A stretch of DNA of 64,000 bases from the sequence record OZ335962.1; one strand, given 5' to 3'. This stretch comes from a phage. Shown here piece by piece: positions 10,620 through 20,297 of this stretch (position 1 is the stretch's first letter; every line of letters starts with the position of its first letter). Below the pieces are notes generated by a model. It did no database searches. It was not told the DNA's origin and saw only the letters and a program-made list of their open reading frames with translations. Both the position numbers and the translations under genes were made by a program.

Positions 10620-10806
10620 TATCTAAAATGTTGAAGTTAAAAGATACAGCCCAGTCAGTGCAGACCGTAACCTTTTTAATACAATTATCTTCAACCTCTA
10701 GCGGTTCAAACCAATATTCAATAATTTCTTTATGCCCAATATCATCTTTTACTTCGCATTCAAAATGCTGACTCATCATAACATTTTTAAATTCATCAAA
10801 AGTCAT
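10543..10806 (-). CDS. hypothetical protein (46.2-like)
   Basis: 87-aa ORF immediately downstream of gene 47. Confidence 0.45.
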   Translation of the reverse strand: MTFDEFKNVMMSQHFECEVKDDIGHKEIIEYWFEPLEVEDNCIKKVTVCTDWAVSFNFNILDNDTPKSLQDMAVSCIKDAYCEVFDI

Positions 10807-11822
10807 TGTGTTGCCTCTACATATAACTGATTTGCATATTGAATAAGTGCTTCGCGGTCAGAATCAGTGATGTCTGGAATTGCATTAATGTATTCTTCCA
10901 TCAACGTCTGAAGAGATTGAACTTCAACTTCTTCACTATCATCTGACTCGACAGAGTTATCAATCTTTGACACAACTCGTAATGAATGCACAACTTTTTC
11001 TAGTTCAGATTCGAACTTCGTTAGATTTTTGTCTACTTCAGTTACTATAACACGTACTGATAGATTTGTAAAATCTTTATAGTCAATTTTTCCCTTAAAT
11101 GGATATTGAATTCGACGATGCCAGGTGGTGTTGTTTGGAATAAATTCCATTCGTTCTGTTTCTGTATCAAACATCCAGAACCCGCGAGGGTCATTCTCGT
11201 CACCTGCAGTTAGTGTCCATGGTGTCCCAATATATCTGACGTTAGCAGCCTCAGAGATAGTATGGAAGTGACCAGACCACACCTCTTTATAAGTCTTAAG
11301 GAAATCAGGTTCAAGACCGTGAGATTTCATTCCTTTATAAAAATAAAATCCATTCAGTTCCCAGTGACCAACACAAAAAGAAGCAGATGAAGTTTTGATG
11401 TGTTCAAGAATTTCACCAGTATTTTCTTCGCACATCCAAGGAATTAAATCAATCAAACATCCGTCAAAATCTACTGTAGTAGGCTTATCATATACTTTAA
11501 CATTAGGATATTTAGCCAAAAGCTCAGTAGAAGCATTTGGAGTTAAAGTATTTTTAAAGTGCATATCATGGTTTCCTACAACAGTATGTAGGGTAATACC
11601 AGCATCATCAAGCATTTGAACTATTTCACGAGCGAACTCCATAGTTTTATGTGTGATTGCTTTTCGCACATCAAAAATATCGCCGTATTGAATCCATGTA
11701 GTAATTCCGTTTTTCTTAGAATATTCTATTGCTTGTTTAATTCCATCCAACTGAATGGATTGAACCCACTCATCATCAGCTTTAACACCTAAATGCCAAT
11801 CACCTAAATTTAAAATTTTCAT
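10803..11822 (-). CDS. 47: recombination endonuclease subunit, SbcD/Mre11-like phosphoesterase
   Basis: 339 aa as in T4 gp47; calcineurin-like phosphoesterase motifs (DWH, GDIFD, GNHD). Confidence 0.92.
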   Translation of the reverse strand: MKILNLGDWHLGVKADDEWVQSIQLDGIKQAIEYSKKNGITTWIQYGDIFDVRKAITHKTMEFAREIVQMLDDAGITLHTVVGNHDMHFKNTLTPNASTELLAKYPNVKVYDKPTTVDFDGCLIDLIPWMCEENTGEILEHIKTSSASFCVGHWELNGFYFYKGMKSHGLEPDFLKTYKEVWSGHFHTISEAANVRYIGTPWTLTAGDENDPRGFWMFDTETERMEFIPNNTTWHRRIQYPFKGKIDYKDFTNLSVRVIVTEVDKNLTKFESELEKVVHSLRVVSKIDNSVESDDSEEVEVQSLQTLMEEYINAIPDITDSDREALIQYANQLYVEATQ

Positions 11823-11959
11823 ATATCAAGAACCGTCATTGAAATGCAAAATAAAATTATTGAAATAAATCCATCTGGAGTGCTAAAGAACCCAATCCAA
11901 CATGCTCTAGTGAATAGATAAAATGCGAGAAAAAGTATCACATATCCAAGAAATATCAT
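11819..11959 (-). CDS. small hydrophobic protein (46 aa)
   Basis: Below the 60-aa track cutoff; ATG 11959 with GGAG RBS; stop overlaps gene 47 start in an ATGA coupling arrangement. Confidence 0.45.
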   Translation of the reverse strand: MIFLGYVILFLAFYLFTRACWIGFFSTPDGFISIILFCISMTVLDI

Positions 11960-11982
11960 TATATCAAACTCCGTATAAAGCT

Positions 11983-12000
11983 AAAGGGCCGAAGCCCTTT
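11983..12000 (-). terminator. hairpin at a-gt stop codon
   Basis: AAAGGGC-CGAA-GCCCTTT overlapping the a-gt stop. Confidence 0.5.
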
Positions 12001-13201
12001 ATTTTGTAATAATGTCAAACTGTTCTTTAAAGCAGAAGCTTGAATCTTGATGCTGATACAAAAATTCATAAGCTTTTTCGCGTTCACGGTCATAAAGAGC
12101 TCGGTCAGATGACAGTTCTTTAATACGTTCAAATGTTGATTCCATGTCATTTTCATCAAACCAAACGATACCGCTATCATGTGAAATTAACGGAGTATTA
12201 TCAACACGGAATTTTAAATTTTCACCAGTAGATTTCCAAAATACTGGAATTGTTCCACATGCACCAAGCTCGAGATGAGTATATTCTAAAGAACGCTGTA
12301 GATATTTTTTGTCCAACTTACTCAGCTGATAACCAAATCCGGATTTACTCATGCGTTCAAGCATTTCGCTATTTACATAACGGTCAAGAATTTGCGTTGG
12401 CAAATTAGGAGCAATTTTAATTTGGTCTACTTGATGAAGACGATAATACTCATATGGAATTCCTTTTTCTTTAATAGGAATGAACGCTGGAGAACGTTCC
12501 AGACCTTCCATAATAGTACTTAGCCCAGCAGGTTTAAGATGTTTTTCGTGAAAATCAAACATCTGATAAAAACCTTTCCATGTAGTCGTACGACCAATCC
12601 AACGGTTGACATTCATGTTAATTTCAGAAACATCTTTCCAGTAGGTTGATCGAACCTTAGCAATATCCATAGGAGGCTGAAAGTTGTATACAGTCGGTGC
12701 TTCTTCAATATCGTCAAACAGTGAAACAGTTTCTGGATACCATTCTTTCATCAGAACTTTATTAAAATCACCATTATCAGAATGACTAAAAATAACATCA
12801 GCTCGGCGAACAGTTTCTTCTAATCCCAAATTTCGGCGCAAAGAAAGAGAAGAATGGTCATGTTGATAAACTACAACACGAACCGAAGGTTTAATGTTAT
12901 CAATAATTTTTTTATAGTTATTAATAGTGTCTTCTTCGACTGAAGTAGCAGGAACTGAATTGATAATTAGAATATCACAATCATTTACCAGCTTAAGTGT
13001 TTTATCGTATTCTTTTGCCAATAAAACCGGAATTGAAAATGATTTATAATCATGCGCGCAATTACGGGTAAATGATTTATCTTTAGCATAAACCAAAGTT
13101 ACTTCATGACCATTTTTAATAAACCAATCACGTTGCTCAAGAGAAAATTTAGTTACGCCACAACCTTCAAGACCTCGAGCCATAAAAATGCATACTTTCA
13201 T
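11999..13201 (-). CDS. a-gt: DNA alpha-glucosyltransferase
   Basis: 400 aa, closely matches recalled T4 alpha-gt (..CIFMARGLEGCGVTKFSLEQRDWFIKNGHEVTLVYAKDKSF...). Confidence 0.93.
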   Translation of the reverse strand: MKVCIFMARGLEGCGVTKFSLEQRDWFIKNGHEVTLVYAKDKSFTRNCAHDYKSFSIPVLLAKEYDKTLKLVNDCDILIINSVPATSVEEDTINNYKKIIDNIKPSVRVVVYQHDHSSLSLRRNLGLEETVRRADVIFSHSDNGDFNKVLMKEWYPETVSLFDDIEEAPTVYNFQPPMDIAKVRSTYWKDVSEINMNVNRWIGRTTTWKGFYQMFDFHEKHLKPAGLSTIMEGLERSPAFIPIKEKGIPYEYYRLHQVDQIKIAPNLPTQILDRYVNSEMLERMSKSGFGYQLSKLDKKYLQRSLEYTHLELGACGTIPVFWKSTGENLKFRVDNTPLISHDSGIVWFDENDMESTFERIKELSSDRALYDREREKAYEFLYQHQDSSFCFKEQFDIITK

Positions 13202-13225
13202 TTAATATCCTCATTGTTTTGGTTT

Positions 13226-13250
13226 ATTTTACCAAAAATTTATAAAGCAA
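13226..13250 (-). promoter_or_regulatory. possible MotA-dependent middle promoter of a-gt
   Basis: Minus strand TTGCTTTA followed 11 bp later by TAAAAT, 25 bp upstream of a-gt start. Confidence 0.4.
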
Positions 13251-13251
13251 T

Positions 13252-13269
13252 ATAGGAGCCGAAGCTCCT
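13252..13269 (-). terminator. hairpin upstream of a-gt
   Basis: TAGGAGC-CGAA-GCTCCTA stem-loop. Confidence 0.4.
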
Positions 13270-13441
13270 ATCCGCATAATACACCATACAGAGGCTCATT
13301 AGAGCTTCTAAATTTTATGCGTTTATGTGTTATAGTTCCTGCTTTAGCTTTATCATGAGACTCTTTAAAGCGTCTCATCATTTCTACTTTAGAGGAACGA
13401 ATTTTATTATAATCTATTTCACAAGTCTGGGCGTTCATCTT

Positions 13442-13648
13442 TCACAGTTGCCACCATTTTTTGACTTGATAGGAATCAACCCACACTTTCATATTAGGGT
13501 CTGCTCTTACAATAGGAGGATTAACTTCTTTAATTGAACTATCGTGGTATTCTTTTTCAGAAATTTTCACACAAAGATGACCATTCAAAGATTCAGTAAA
13601 TCCTGCATTAATTTTAAGACGCTTGAATTTTACGTGTGTAAGCATCAA
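13442..13648 (-). CDS. hypothetical protein
   Basis: 68-aa ORF in a-gt/55 intergenic gene block. Confidence 0.4.
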   Translation of the reverse strand: MMLTHVKFKRLKINAGFTESLNGHLCVKISEKEYHDSSIKEVNPPIVRADPNMKVWVDSYQVKKWWQL

Positions 13649-13931
13649 TCATATCCTCAATCTGCGATCTAGTAGTCTTCCAAAGAATACTAATGAGTTC
13701 ATCGTTATATGGCTGTTTTAGAATATCCCGACTTTTCTTGATAGCATATTCGTATTGAGCAAAATTATTGTTTTCAGCTGCAATCTGAGCGTGCTTATAA
13801 AGACGGTTCAGTTCGCGTTTGTTTTTAGACAATAACTTATTTGCTTTTCTTTCTGCTTCAAGACGGTTCTTTTCTTCAAGAGAAGAAATAAGCTTTTCCA
13901 CTTCATCATTAATTTCGGGTTTATCAGTCAT
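13614..13931 (-). CDS. hypothetical protein
   Basis: 105-aa ORF, charged/coiled-coil rich. Confidence 0.5.
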   Translation of the reverse strand: MTDKPEINDEVEKLISSLEEKNRLEAERKANKLLSKNKRELNRLYKHAQIAAENNNFAQYEYAIKKSRDILKQPYNDELISILWKTTRSQIEDMIDAYTRKIQAS

Positions 13932-13932
13932 A

Positions 13933-14151
13933 TTATTTCTCTAATATAAAATAAAAATCATCATCTGTTAAATGATACCGATAATTTAATTCTACACCGT
14001 TAGATTTAAAAGCGGTATCATACGGATTTTCTGGATCAATATCAATGTCAAGAGCTAAAACTTCCCTGAGATACATTTTAAGTAAATAGGGAATAGCTTC
14101 AACTTCAGGTATTTCTTCCAAGAATCCGGAGAGGTTAATCGTTAGCCTCAT
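13933..14151 (-). CDS. hypothetical protein
   Basis: 72-aa ORF directly downstream of gene 55. Confidence 0.5.
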
Positions 14152-14692
14152 ATAAAAAATCCAAACTAGGAGAATCGTCTACAACACTTTTCTTTTCAGC
14201 CCCCGGTGTTCTATAGGTTGATTCTTCGTAATGCGTCATTTTATCGTAGATGTCTTGAATAAAAGTTTCATCTACTAACGCAACCATATCGTCGTCACGA
14301 CTGTCATAGACATTGTGAACGAAGTAACTATATTTCTTTGCAACTTCCTTACGTTCTTTTTTAATACGTTGGACGAATGCATTAAAACAAGCTTGAGTTA
14401 TATATGCATGTGGGTTTTTATATTTCGTTTCATCAAAATTATGAAGCCCCTTAATAGAAGCTTCTATACCATCTGCAATCATTTCTTGTTTCCAAGATTG
14501 GGTGTATCCTGAAAAGTTGAAACGTTTAGATAAGCCTTCTGCGATAAGCATAATGGCTAATCCGATAGTATCATTCTGACGAACTACTTTATTTGGGTCT
14601 TTATTATTTGCTAATTCTGTTTTCCAATCAATAATAGCTTGTAAAAGCTCTTTATTGTTTACGTAATTATATTTAGGCTTAGTTTCTGACAT
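14135..14692 (-). CDS. 55: late-transcription sigma factor
   Basis: Matches recalled T4 gp55 N-terminus ([23 protein letters not shown]); ATG 14692 after AAGAGGTG RBS gives 185 aa; the track ORF starts at an upstream GTG. Confidence 0.9.
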
Positions 14693-14713
14693 TTTCACCT
14701 CTTAGCTCAATTC

Positions 14714-14748
14714 ATAGATCTATTATATCATAATATTTGAAGATCTAT
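14714..14748 (-). promoter_or_regulatory. gene 55 upstream element: TATAAT flanked by perfect 8-bp inverted repeat
   Basis: ATAGATCT (14714-14721) and AGATCTAT (14741-14748) flank 19 bp containing minus-strand TATAAT, just upstream of the gene 55 RBS. Confidence 0.45.
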
Positions 14749-14770
14749 CTTAAAGCATAGAGGGTATCAG

Positions 14771-15040
14771 TTATCTAAGTAAGCAGTATGCTTGGAATAC
14801 TTTCTCCATCATCTTTTTAAATTCATGAATATCTATATAATGACTAGTTAAATCAGCATGATATAAAAAGTCTAAAAACTTTTCATGTGTGCTAACATAT
14901 TCACTTTCATTTAATTCAGAAACATGGCTTTCCCAATATCCAACACCAGTCTTATTTGGGAAAAATGAAATTTTCATATATTGGTCAACATAGAAAATTC
15001 CATAATTTTCAATAGTAATAGAAATATTAATAAATTTCAT
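14771..15040 (-). CDS. hypothetical protein
   Basis: 89-aa ORF, 55.x-like early ORF block. Confidence 0.45.
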   Translation of the reverse strand: MKFINISITIENYGIFYVDQYMKISFFPNKTGVGYWESHVSELNESEYVSTHEKFLDFLYHADLTSHYIDIHEFKKMMEKVFQAYCLLR

Positions 15041-15258
15041 ACATTCATCAACTTAGCCGCTTCAAGAGCTGCATCTAACGAATCAAACTGGTCAACGTAT
15101 TCAATCAATTCGCCATAATTAGCATATAACCACCATTGACTAAATTCATACTCAAGGATGAATCCATTTCCTTCAATTTGAGTTAAACCAATGCCGTTTG
15201 TATTTACTTCATATCCGGCAAGACGCAAATCGTTAATAAGAGCTTCGTTCATATTCAT
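15037..15258 (-). CDS. hypothetical protein
   Basis: 73-aa ORF, overlapping start/stop with neighbours. Confidence 0.45.
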   Translation of the reverse strand: MNMNEALINDLRLAGYEVNTNGIGLTQIEGNGFILEYEFSQWWLYANYGELIEYVDQFDSLDAALEAAKLMNV

Positions 15259-15581
15259 ACCTTAGCAATTTTCAGGTCAGCAAATTTTTTCTTGCGTTGA
15301 TTTTTCATACGACGAATAGTTTTATCAGAAATTTCATGCTTTTGATAAGCTTTAGATTCTACACCAAAAGCTTTAACATCAAATTCTGACAAGATATATT
15401 GAACCAACAATTCACGGACAGTATTGCGTCCAATTTTCTGATCATTCTGTTTCATCGTCTGATGAAGCTCTTTTTCCCATTTATCCAAAATTTGAGGAGT
15501 TACAATATCGCCTTTTTCTAGCAAAGAAACTACTTTATCATATGCGTAAGAATTGATGGCGTTTTTAATTTGAATAGTCAT
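15255..15581 (-). CDS. hypothetical protein
   Basis: 108-aa ORF. Confidence 0.5.
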   Translation of the reverse strand: MTIQIKNAINSYAYDKVVSLLEKGDIVTPQILDKWEKELHQTMKQNDQKIGRNTVRELLVQYILSEFDVKAFGVESKAYQKHEISDKTIRRMKNQRKKKFADLKIAKV

Positions 15582-15609
15582 ACATTATCCTCAATTACAT
15601 TAAAATTTT

Positions 15610-15635
15610 ATTATCCAAAAAGGGCCGAAGCCCTT
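15610..15635 (-). terminator. intrinsic terminator hairpin
   Basis: AAGGGC-UUCG-GCCCTT followed by TTTGG and A/T-rich run. Confidence 0.5.
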
Positions 15636-15834
15636 AGCTAAACTTTTTGGCACCCTTCCAGCCTTCGTACATCATTGCGACTGACAATGACAAAGCTCCT
15701 TCACATGCTGTATACTTATTATTCCAGAACCAATTTAGAAAAACTTCATCCTCAATACCATTATGTTTCATGTTCTGGAAAAATTTGGCACGTTCTTCAG
15801 CAATTCGTTGCGATAATTTAGATTCAGGATTCAT
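15634..15834 (-). CDS. hypothetical protein
   Basis: 66-aa ORF followed by a terminator hairpin. Confidence 0.45.
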   Translation of the reverse strand: MNPESKLSQRIAEERAKFFQNMKHNGIEDEVFLNWFWNNKYTACEGALSLSVAMMYEGWKGAKKFS

Positions 15835-16050
15835 TTAAATTTTCCAGTTACCATTTTCATCAATAAATTTAATCCAGTCATTTACTGACCACTTGATCGT
15901 ATCGCCCTTTGGAGCAACATTTAAAGTGTATAATCCTTGTTTAAAAAGCATGCGTTTGATATTCATATTTTCCTCAGCTGTAACGATAGCACTCGTTTGA
16001 TTTACGCTTAGCAACTCGTTGAGAAGTATTGTAATCAAAATCATCGTCAA
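15835..16050 (-). CDS. hypothetical protein
   Basis: 71-aa ORF with N-terminal hydrophobic segment. Confidence 0.45.
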   Translation of the reverse strand: MTMILITILLNELLSVNQTSAIVTAEENMNIKRMLFKQGLYTLNVAPKGDTIKWSVNDWIKFIDENGNWKI

Positions 16051-16267
16051 TGTAAACTGATTTTTTCAACTTTCTTACTTCACCGCGTAATTGGCGATTT
16101 AGCTCATCTTTAACTTCTGAATCAATGCCTTTCATTCTACGCCATTTATCAGAGCGAAAAATGTTTTCAACCATATCTTTATGACTTACACCATCAGGAG
16201 CTTTACGCTTTCCGAAATAGTCATAATCACGAACTTTCAAGTCTTTACGACGATACGTTTTACCCAT
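15974..16267 (-). CDS. hypothetical basic protein
   Basis: Likely start ATG 16267 (MGKTYRRKDLK...) with AAGGAAA RBS; lysine/arginine-rich. Confidence 0.45.
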   Translation of the reverse strand: MGKTYRRKDLKVRDYDYFGKRKAPDGVSHKDMVENIFRSDKWRRMKGIDSEVKDELNRQLRGEVRKLKKSVYIDDDFDYNTSQRVAKRKSNECYRYS

Positions 16268-16442
16268 GGAGTTTAATTTCCTTAGCAACTGAACTAAATA
16301 CAGCACGGTCACAAATCATCTGTTTATGTAACTTGAGTATAAGATAATAAACTTCAAAACCGTTTACATAAGTAACACGAACAACATTACCATTAATAAA
16401 ATAATATTGTCCCTTTTTAATTTCTTTATCAACCACAACCAT
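16260..16442 (-). CDS. hypothetical protein
   Basis: 60-aa ORF with GAGGA RBS directly downstream of an early-type promoter. Confidence 0.45.
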   Translation of the reverse strand: MVVVDKEIKKGQYYFINGNVVRVTYVNGFEVYYLILKLHKQMICDRAVFSSVAKEIKLHG

Positions 16443-16473
16443 ATCAAATCCTCAAAGGCAATTCATATGTTAA

Positions 16474-16502
16474 TAATACCACAGTTTGAACTTCTTGTAA
16501 AC
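16474..16502 (-). promoter_or_regulatory. early-type sigma70 promoter
   Basis: Minus strand GTTTAC -35, 18-bp spacer, TGGTATTAT. Confidence 0.55.
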
Positions 16503-16564
16503 AACTTTATGAAAATTATTTTAGGGAACGATAAGAAGGGAACGATAGCTTAGAATGGTAATAT

Positions 16565-16597
16565 ACAGAATGTGAGAAAGAAAGGCCCAGAGGGCCC
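16565..16597 (-). terminator. intrinsic terminator downstream of nrdH
   Basis: GGGCC-CUCU-GGGCC hairpin followed by TTTCTTTCT. Confidence 0.55.
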
Positions 16598-16600
16598 GTC

Positions 16601-16924
16601 TTAGTCTTCTATGATATCTCTATCATATCCAAGTGAAATGAGAGTTTCTTTGAAGTGTTTAATGTTCTTTTGTCTAGAATCATTAATGAAAATGACTGGA
16701 TAACGAATATTAAGAGATGTGAATCCAGCGCGTTTAGCAAGAGATACAATCAGTGGACGATCATACTCAATCTTACCATTATTTGTAAGAACTTTATAGA
16801 AAGTAAAAGGAGCATTGAGCTCCTTTAAAAGTTTTGTAACTGATTGACATCCAGGACAACGACCAACTTCATCTGGAATTCCATAGACTTCAATCTTATT
16901 CTTTAAGTTCGAGTTTTGTTCCAC
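16601..16924 (-). CDS. nrdH: NrdH-like glutaredoxin
   Basis: Redoxin core KIEVYGIPDEVGRCPGCQS (CxxC); no ATG in frame near the domain, so a GTG start at 16924 with AAGGAA RBS is proposed (inference). Confidence 0.55.
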   Translation of the reverse strand: MEQNSNLKNKIEVYGIPDEVGRCPGCQSVTKLLKELNAPFTFYKVLTNNGKIEYDRPLIVSLAKRAGFTSLNIRYPVIFINDSRQKNIKHFKETLISLGYDRDIIED

Positions 16925-17207
16925 GAGAAATAATTCCTTGATAAGCCCAATATGGCGGATTAACAGAATCCTCACCAGAATTTTCTTCAGGAAAATAAAC
17001 CTGGATAACAAATCCAGATGCATCAAAGGTAAAATAAACTGTAGGTAATTCACCTAACAATTCAGCACGATTATTAATTTCTTCGAGTTCTCGTTCACGT
17101 CCGGCCCAAAAACTAGGATTTAGACTACATTCATAGAAATAATAGTCATTACCGAACATATCAAAACCTTTCCAACTCTCTACCACATATCGCTCAAAAC
17201 TAATCAT
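16896..17207 (-). CDS. hypothetical protein
   Basis: 103-aa ORF between nrdG and nrdH. Confidence 0.45.
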   Translation of the reverse strand: MISFERYVVESWKGFDMFGNDYYFYECSLNPSFWAGRERELEEINNRAELLGELPTVYFTFDASGFVIQVYFPEENSGEDSVNPPYWAYQGIISRGTKLELKE

Positions 17208-17209
17208 AA

Positions 17210-17425
17210 TTAAGCCTTTTTATCAAGAACAGCATTCAGCTTGTTAGTAATTTTATCCAGGCGCTCATTGAACTCGCTAGAAGATAGACCTTTTTCTGGA
17301 GAAATCAAACTAATTACGAAAAATATAACAATAAAAGGAATAAGGAAAATAGCTCCAACTGCCATAAACAGAAAGAATGTTACAGTTGTAAGAAAATCAG
17401 CTAAACCTTTACGAAATTTATACAT
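17210..17425 (-). CDS. hypothetical membrane protein
   Basis: 71-aa ORF with one strong transmembrane helix. Confidence 0.45.
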   Translation of the reverse strand: MYKFRKGLADFLTTVTFFLFMAVGAIFLIPFIVIFFVISLISPEKGLSSSEFNERLDKITNKLNAVLDKKA

Positions 17426-17540
17426 ATTTTACCCTTAATTGATTAACCAAGCATTGATAAGCACTAAACTATATTGCGAATAAAATTCTGGACCAAAATG
17501 AAAAATCATATCATTTATAGTGTCCATAATATAATTCAAT

Positions 17541-18011
17541 TTAATCATGTTTCCACACCCCATCGGTATTTGACCAAAGTCGCTGATTATCTGATCCTCG
17601 CCACAGCTTTTTGGTCGGAAGATTTTTCTCATACTTCCCATCAATAATAACATCAACATATTTAAGCATTTCTAGTTGTTTAATATCTTCAAACTTATAT
17701 CCTGTCCACAACCAAATGCTTTTATTGGGATAAAGATTTTTTACTGTTTGAACAATGCAATGAATAACATCTCGGTTATCAGGATAAAGAGGGTCACCTC
17801 CAGTTATAGTTAATCCTTCTATATAATCATTATTCAAACATTCAATTAATTGTTCTAGTGTTTCACCAGTGAATGGAACGCCATTTCTAGCATTCCATGT
17901 TGATTTATTATAACACCCTTCGCATTTATGCAAACAACCTGTAACGAAAAGAACGACCCTGCATCCAGGGCCATTCACAAAATCGCAGGGATAAAATCTA
18001 TCGTAATTCAT
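17541..18011 (-). CDS. nrdG: anaerobic ribonucleotide reductase activating protein (radical SAM)
   Basis: 156 aa as in T4 NrdG; CxxxCxxC cluster (CLHKCEGC). Confidence 0.9.
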   Translation of the reverse strand: MNYDRFYPCDFVNGPGCRVVLFVTGCLHKCEGCYNKSTWNARNGVPFTGETLEQLIECLNNDYIEGLTITGGDPLYPDNRDVIHCIVQTVKNLYPNKSIWLWTGYKFEDIKQLEMLKYVDVIIDGKYEKNLPTKKLWRGSDNQRLWSNTDGVWKHD

Positions 18012-19825
18012 TGGTGTTTAACCCTATGCATGATTTCTTTATTTTTGCCGAGATTAAATCCGCGTTCGTTCGGATTTCCCAAATAACCACAAGTTCTTCT
18101 TATTGTGTTCATCTTTTTAGGATCAGTTTCTCCACAAATAGAACAAACAAATCCGTTTTCAGTAGGAGTCATTTCATGTGTACTTCCACACGTAAAACAT
18201 TTATCTACTGGCATATTAACACCAAAATAATCTAAATGTTGTGCAGCATAATCCCATACAGCCTCAAGACCTTTTAGGTTATTTTTCATATCAGGAAGTT
18301 CAACATAAGAAATGTGACCACCTGTCGCAATGAAATGATATGGTGCTTCTCGAGAAATCTTTTCAAACGGAGTAATATTTTCTTCTACTGAAACGTGGAA
18401 ACTATTAGTGTACCATCCTTTATCAGTAACATCTTTTACACTTCCATATTTCTCAGTATCAAGTTTACAGAAGCGATAGCACAGATTTTCAGCAGGTGTA
18501 GAATACAAACTAAAAGCAAAACCGGTTCTTTCAGTCCACTGTTTAAGACGAGCATTCATTTTAGTTAAAATTTCCTGTCCAATATCACGACCGACAAGAA
18601 TATTCAATTCGTGAATACCAATGTATCCTAAGGACACTGAACTTCTACCGTTTTTAAATAACTCAATTATGTCGTCATCAGGTTTAAGACGAACCCCGAA
18701 TGCACCTTCTTGGTAAAGAATAGGAGCAACAATCGCTTTAACTCCTTTTAAGGAACTAATTCTACACATCAAAGCTTCAAAACACAAATCCATTCGTTCA
18801 TTGAACAATTCGGCAAATTTCTGTTCATTGAATTGTGTTCCAATATAAGAATCTAACGCAATACGAGGAAGATTCAGTGTTACAACACCAAGATTATTAC
18901 GTCCATCAAGAATTTCATTACCAGTCGAATCTTTCCATACGCTTAAGAAACTACGGCAACCCATTGGAGAAACAGGAATAGATGAACCGGTGATAGCTTT
19001 ATTGTTCTTAGCTGAAATAATATCAGGATACATTCTTTTGCTTGCACACTCTAAAGCAAGCTGCTTAATATCATAGTTCGGATCATCTTTATAAAGATTA
19101 ACACCTTCTTCAACGAACATAACAAGTTTAGGGAAAATAGGAGTTATCCCATCGCGACCAAGGCCTTTAATACGATTTTTCAGAATTGCTTTCTGAATCA
19201 TTCGTTCAGTCCAGTCAGTTCCAGTACCAAATGTAATTGTTACAAAAGGCGTTTGTCCGTTTGAACTAAAGAGAGTATTTACTTCATATTCATAAGCTTG
19301 GAATGCATCGTATACGTCTTTTTCTGTTTTAGATTGGGCGTAATTCAACGCATCAGCGATTTGCCATTTTTCTGCATCCTCAATATGTTTTGCATAGGTG
19401 CGTTTAACATAAGGAGAAAGTACTTTATCTACATTCGCAAAAGTCGTTCCACCATATTGATGAGAAGCAACCTGCGCAGTAATTTGTGCCATAATTGCAG
19501 TAGCAACGCCGATTGATTTAGGAGTTTCAATCTGCGCATTACCGAGCTTAAATCCATTCTCAAGCATTCCTTTTAAATCTACTAAACAGCAATTAGTAAA
19601 TGGAAGAGCAGGTGAATAATCAATATCATGGAAATGAATAATTCCGCTTTCATGCGCTTTCATAATAAAAGACGGGACCATATTTTTGGCAATGTGTTTA
19701 GACACAATACCAGCCATAAGGTCCCGTTGAGTTGGAAAAACACGAGAATCTTTATTAGCATTCTCGTTTAAAAGGTCTTTATTAGTTTTATGAATCAATC
19801 CTTCAATTTCTTTTTCAATTGTCAT
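18008..19825 (-). CDS. nrdD: anaerobic ribonucleoside-triphosphate reductase
   Basis: 605 aa as in T4 NrdD; C-terminal glycyl-radical motif RTCGYLG and Zn ribbon CxxC..CxxC; the ORF is continuous, with no intron. Confidence 0.95.
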   Translation of the reverse strand: MTIEKEIEGLIHKTNKDLLNENANKDSRVFPTQRDLMAGIVSKHIAKNMVPSFIMKAHESGIIHFHDIDYSPALPFTNCCLVDLKGMLENGFKLGNAQIETPKSIGVATAIMAQITAQVASHQYGGTTFANVDKVLSPYVKRTYAKHIEDAEKWQIADALNYAQSKTEKDVYDAFQAYEYEVNTLFSSNGQTPFVTITFGTGTDWTERMIQKAILKNRIKGLGRDGITPIFPKLVMFVEEGVNLYKDDPNYDIKQLALECASKRMYPDIISAKNNKAITGSSIPVSPMGCRSFLSVWKDSTGNEILDGRNNLGVVTLNLPRIALDSYIGTQFNEQKFAELFNERMDLCFEALMCRISSLKGVKAIVAPILYQEGAFGVRLKPDDDIIELFKNGRSSVSLGYIGIHELNILVGRDIGQEILTKMNARLKQWTERTGFAFSLYSTPAENLCYRFCKLDTEKYGSVKDVTDKGWYTNSFHVSVEENITPFEKISREAPYHFIATGGHISYVELPDMKNNLKGLEAVWDYAAQHLDYFGVNMPVDKCFTCGSTHEMTPTENGFVCSICGETDPKKMNTIRRTCGYLGNPNERGFNLGKNKEIMHRVKHQ

Positions 19826-20295
19826 TTTAAACTCTTTCTAAGCTGCTTCTTAAATGAAGCTATTAATTGTGTTTTAGTGTCAGATTCATTATATTCAAAT
19901 CCTCTTTGAAGCATCTCAGCCATCATTTCCTCTTTTCCTAAACGAGAAAATTCCTTTGATTTATCTCCAACGAAGTTAGGGTGAATATTATTTTGGGTGT
20001 AATCGGATTTTAAATAAGTAAGTAAATTTTCTAACCATTCAAGATAATCAACGCCTTGTCCCTTTAAGCCAGAACGATTAAATTTGTGCTTCATTTGACC
20101 TTCCGCTGCATTGCAAAGATTACAGAGCAATCCACGTACCTTTCCTGCTTTTGGTCCATTTAATTCATGGTCATGGTCAAGGTGATTAGCTTGAACATCA
20201 GGATTTAGTTCTCGTTGGCAAATTAAGCATTTACCGTTTTGTGCGTTATAAAATTTTTGTTTTTCTTCTTTATATAATTTGCCAGTCAATAACAT
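19822..20295 (-). CDS. 49: endonuclease VII (Holliday junction resolvase)
   Basis: 157 aa, essentially identical to recalled T4 endonuclease VII (MLLTGKLYKEEKQKFY..CLICQRELNPDVQANHLDHDHELNG..). Confidence 0.96.
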   Translation of the reverse strand: MLLTGKLYKEEKQKFYNAQNGKCLICQRELNPDVQANHLDHDHELNGPKAGKVRGLLCNLCNAAEGQMKHKFNRSGLKGQGVDYLEWLENLLTYLKSDYTQNNIHPNFVGDKSKEFSRLGKEEMMAEMLQRGFEYNESDTKTQLIASFKKQLRKSLK

Positions 20296-20297
20296 AA

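Noticed and set aside
18008-19825. Group I intron with homing endonuclease in nrdD, as in T4
   Set aside because: The nrdD reading frame is uninterrupted for 605 codons and no intron-like insertion or endonuclease ORF is present.
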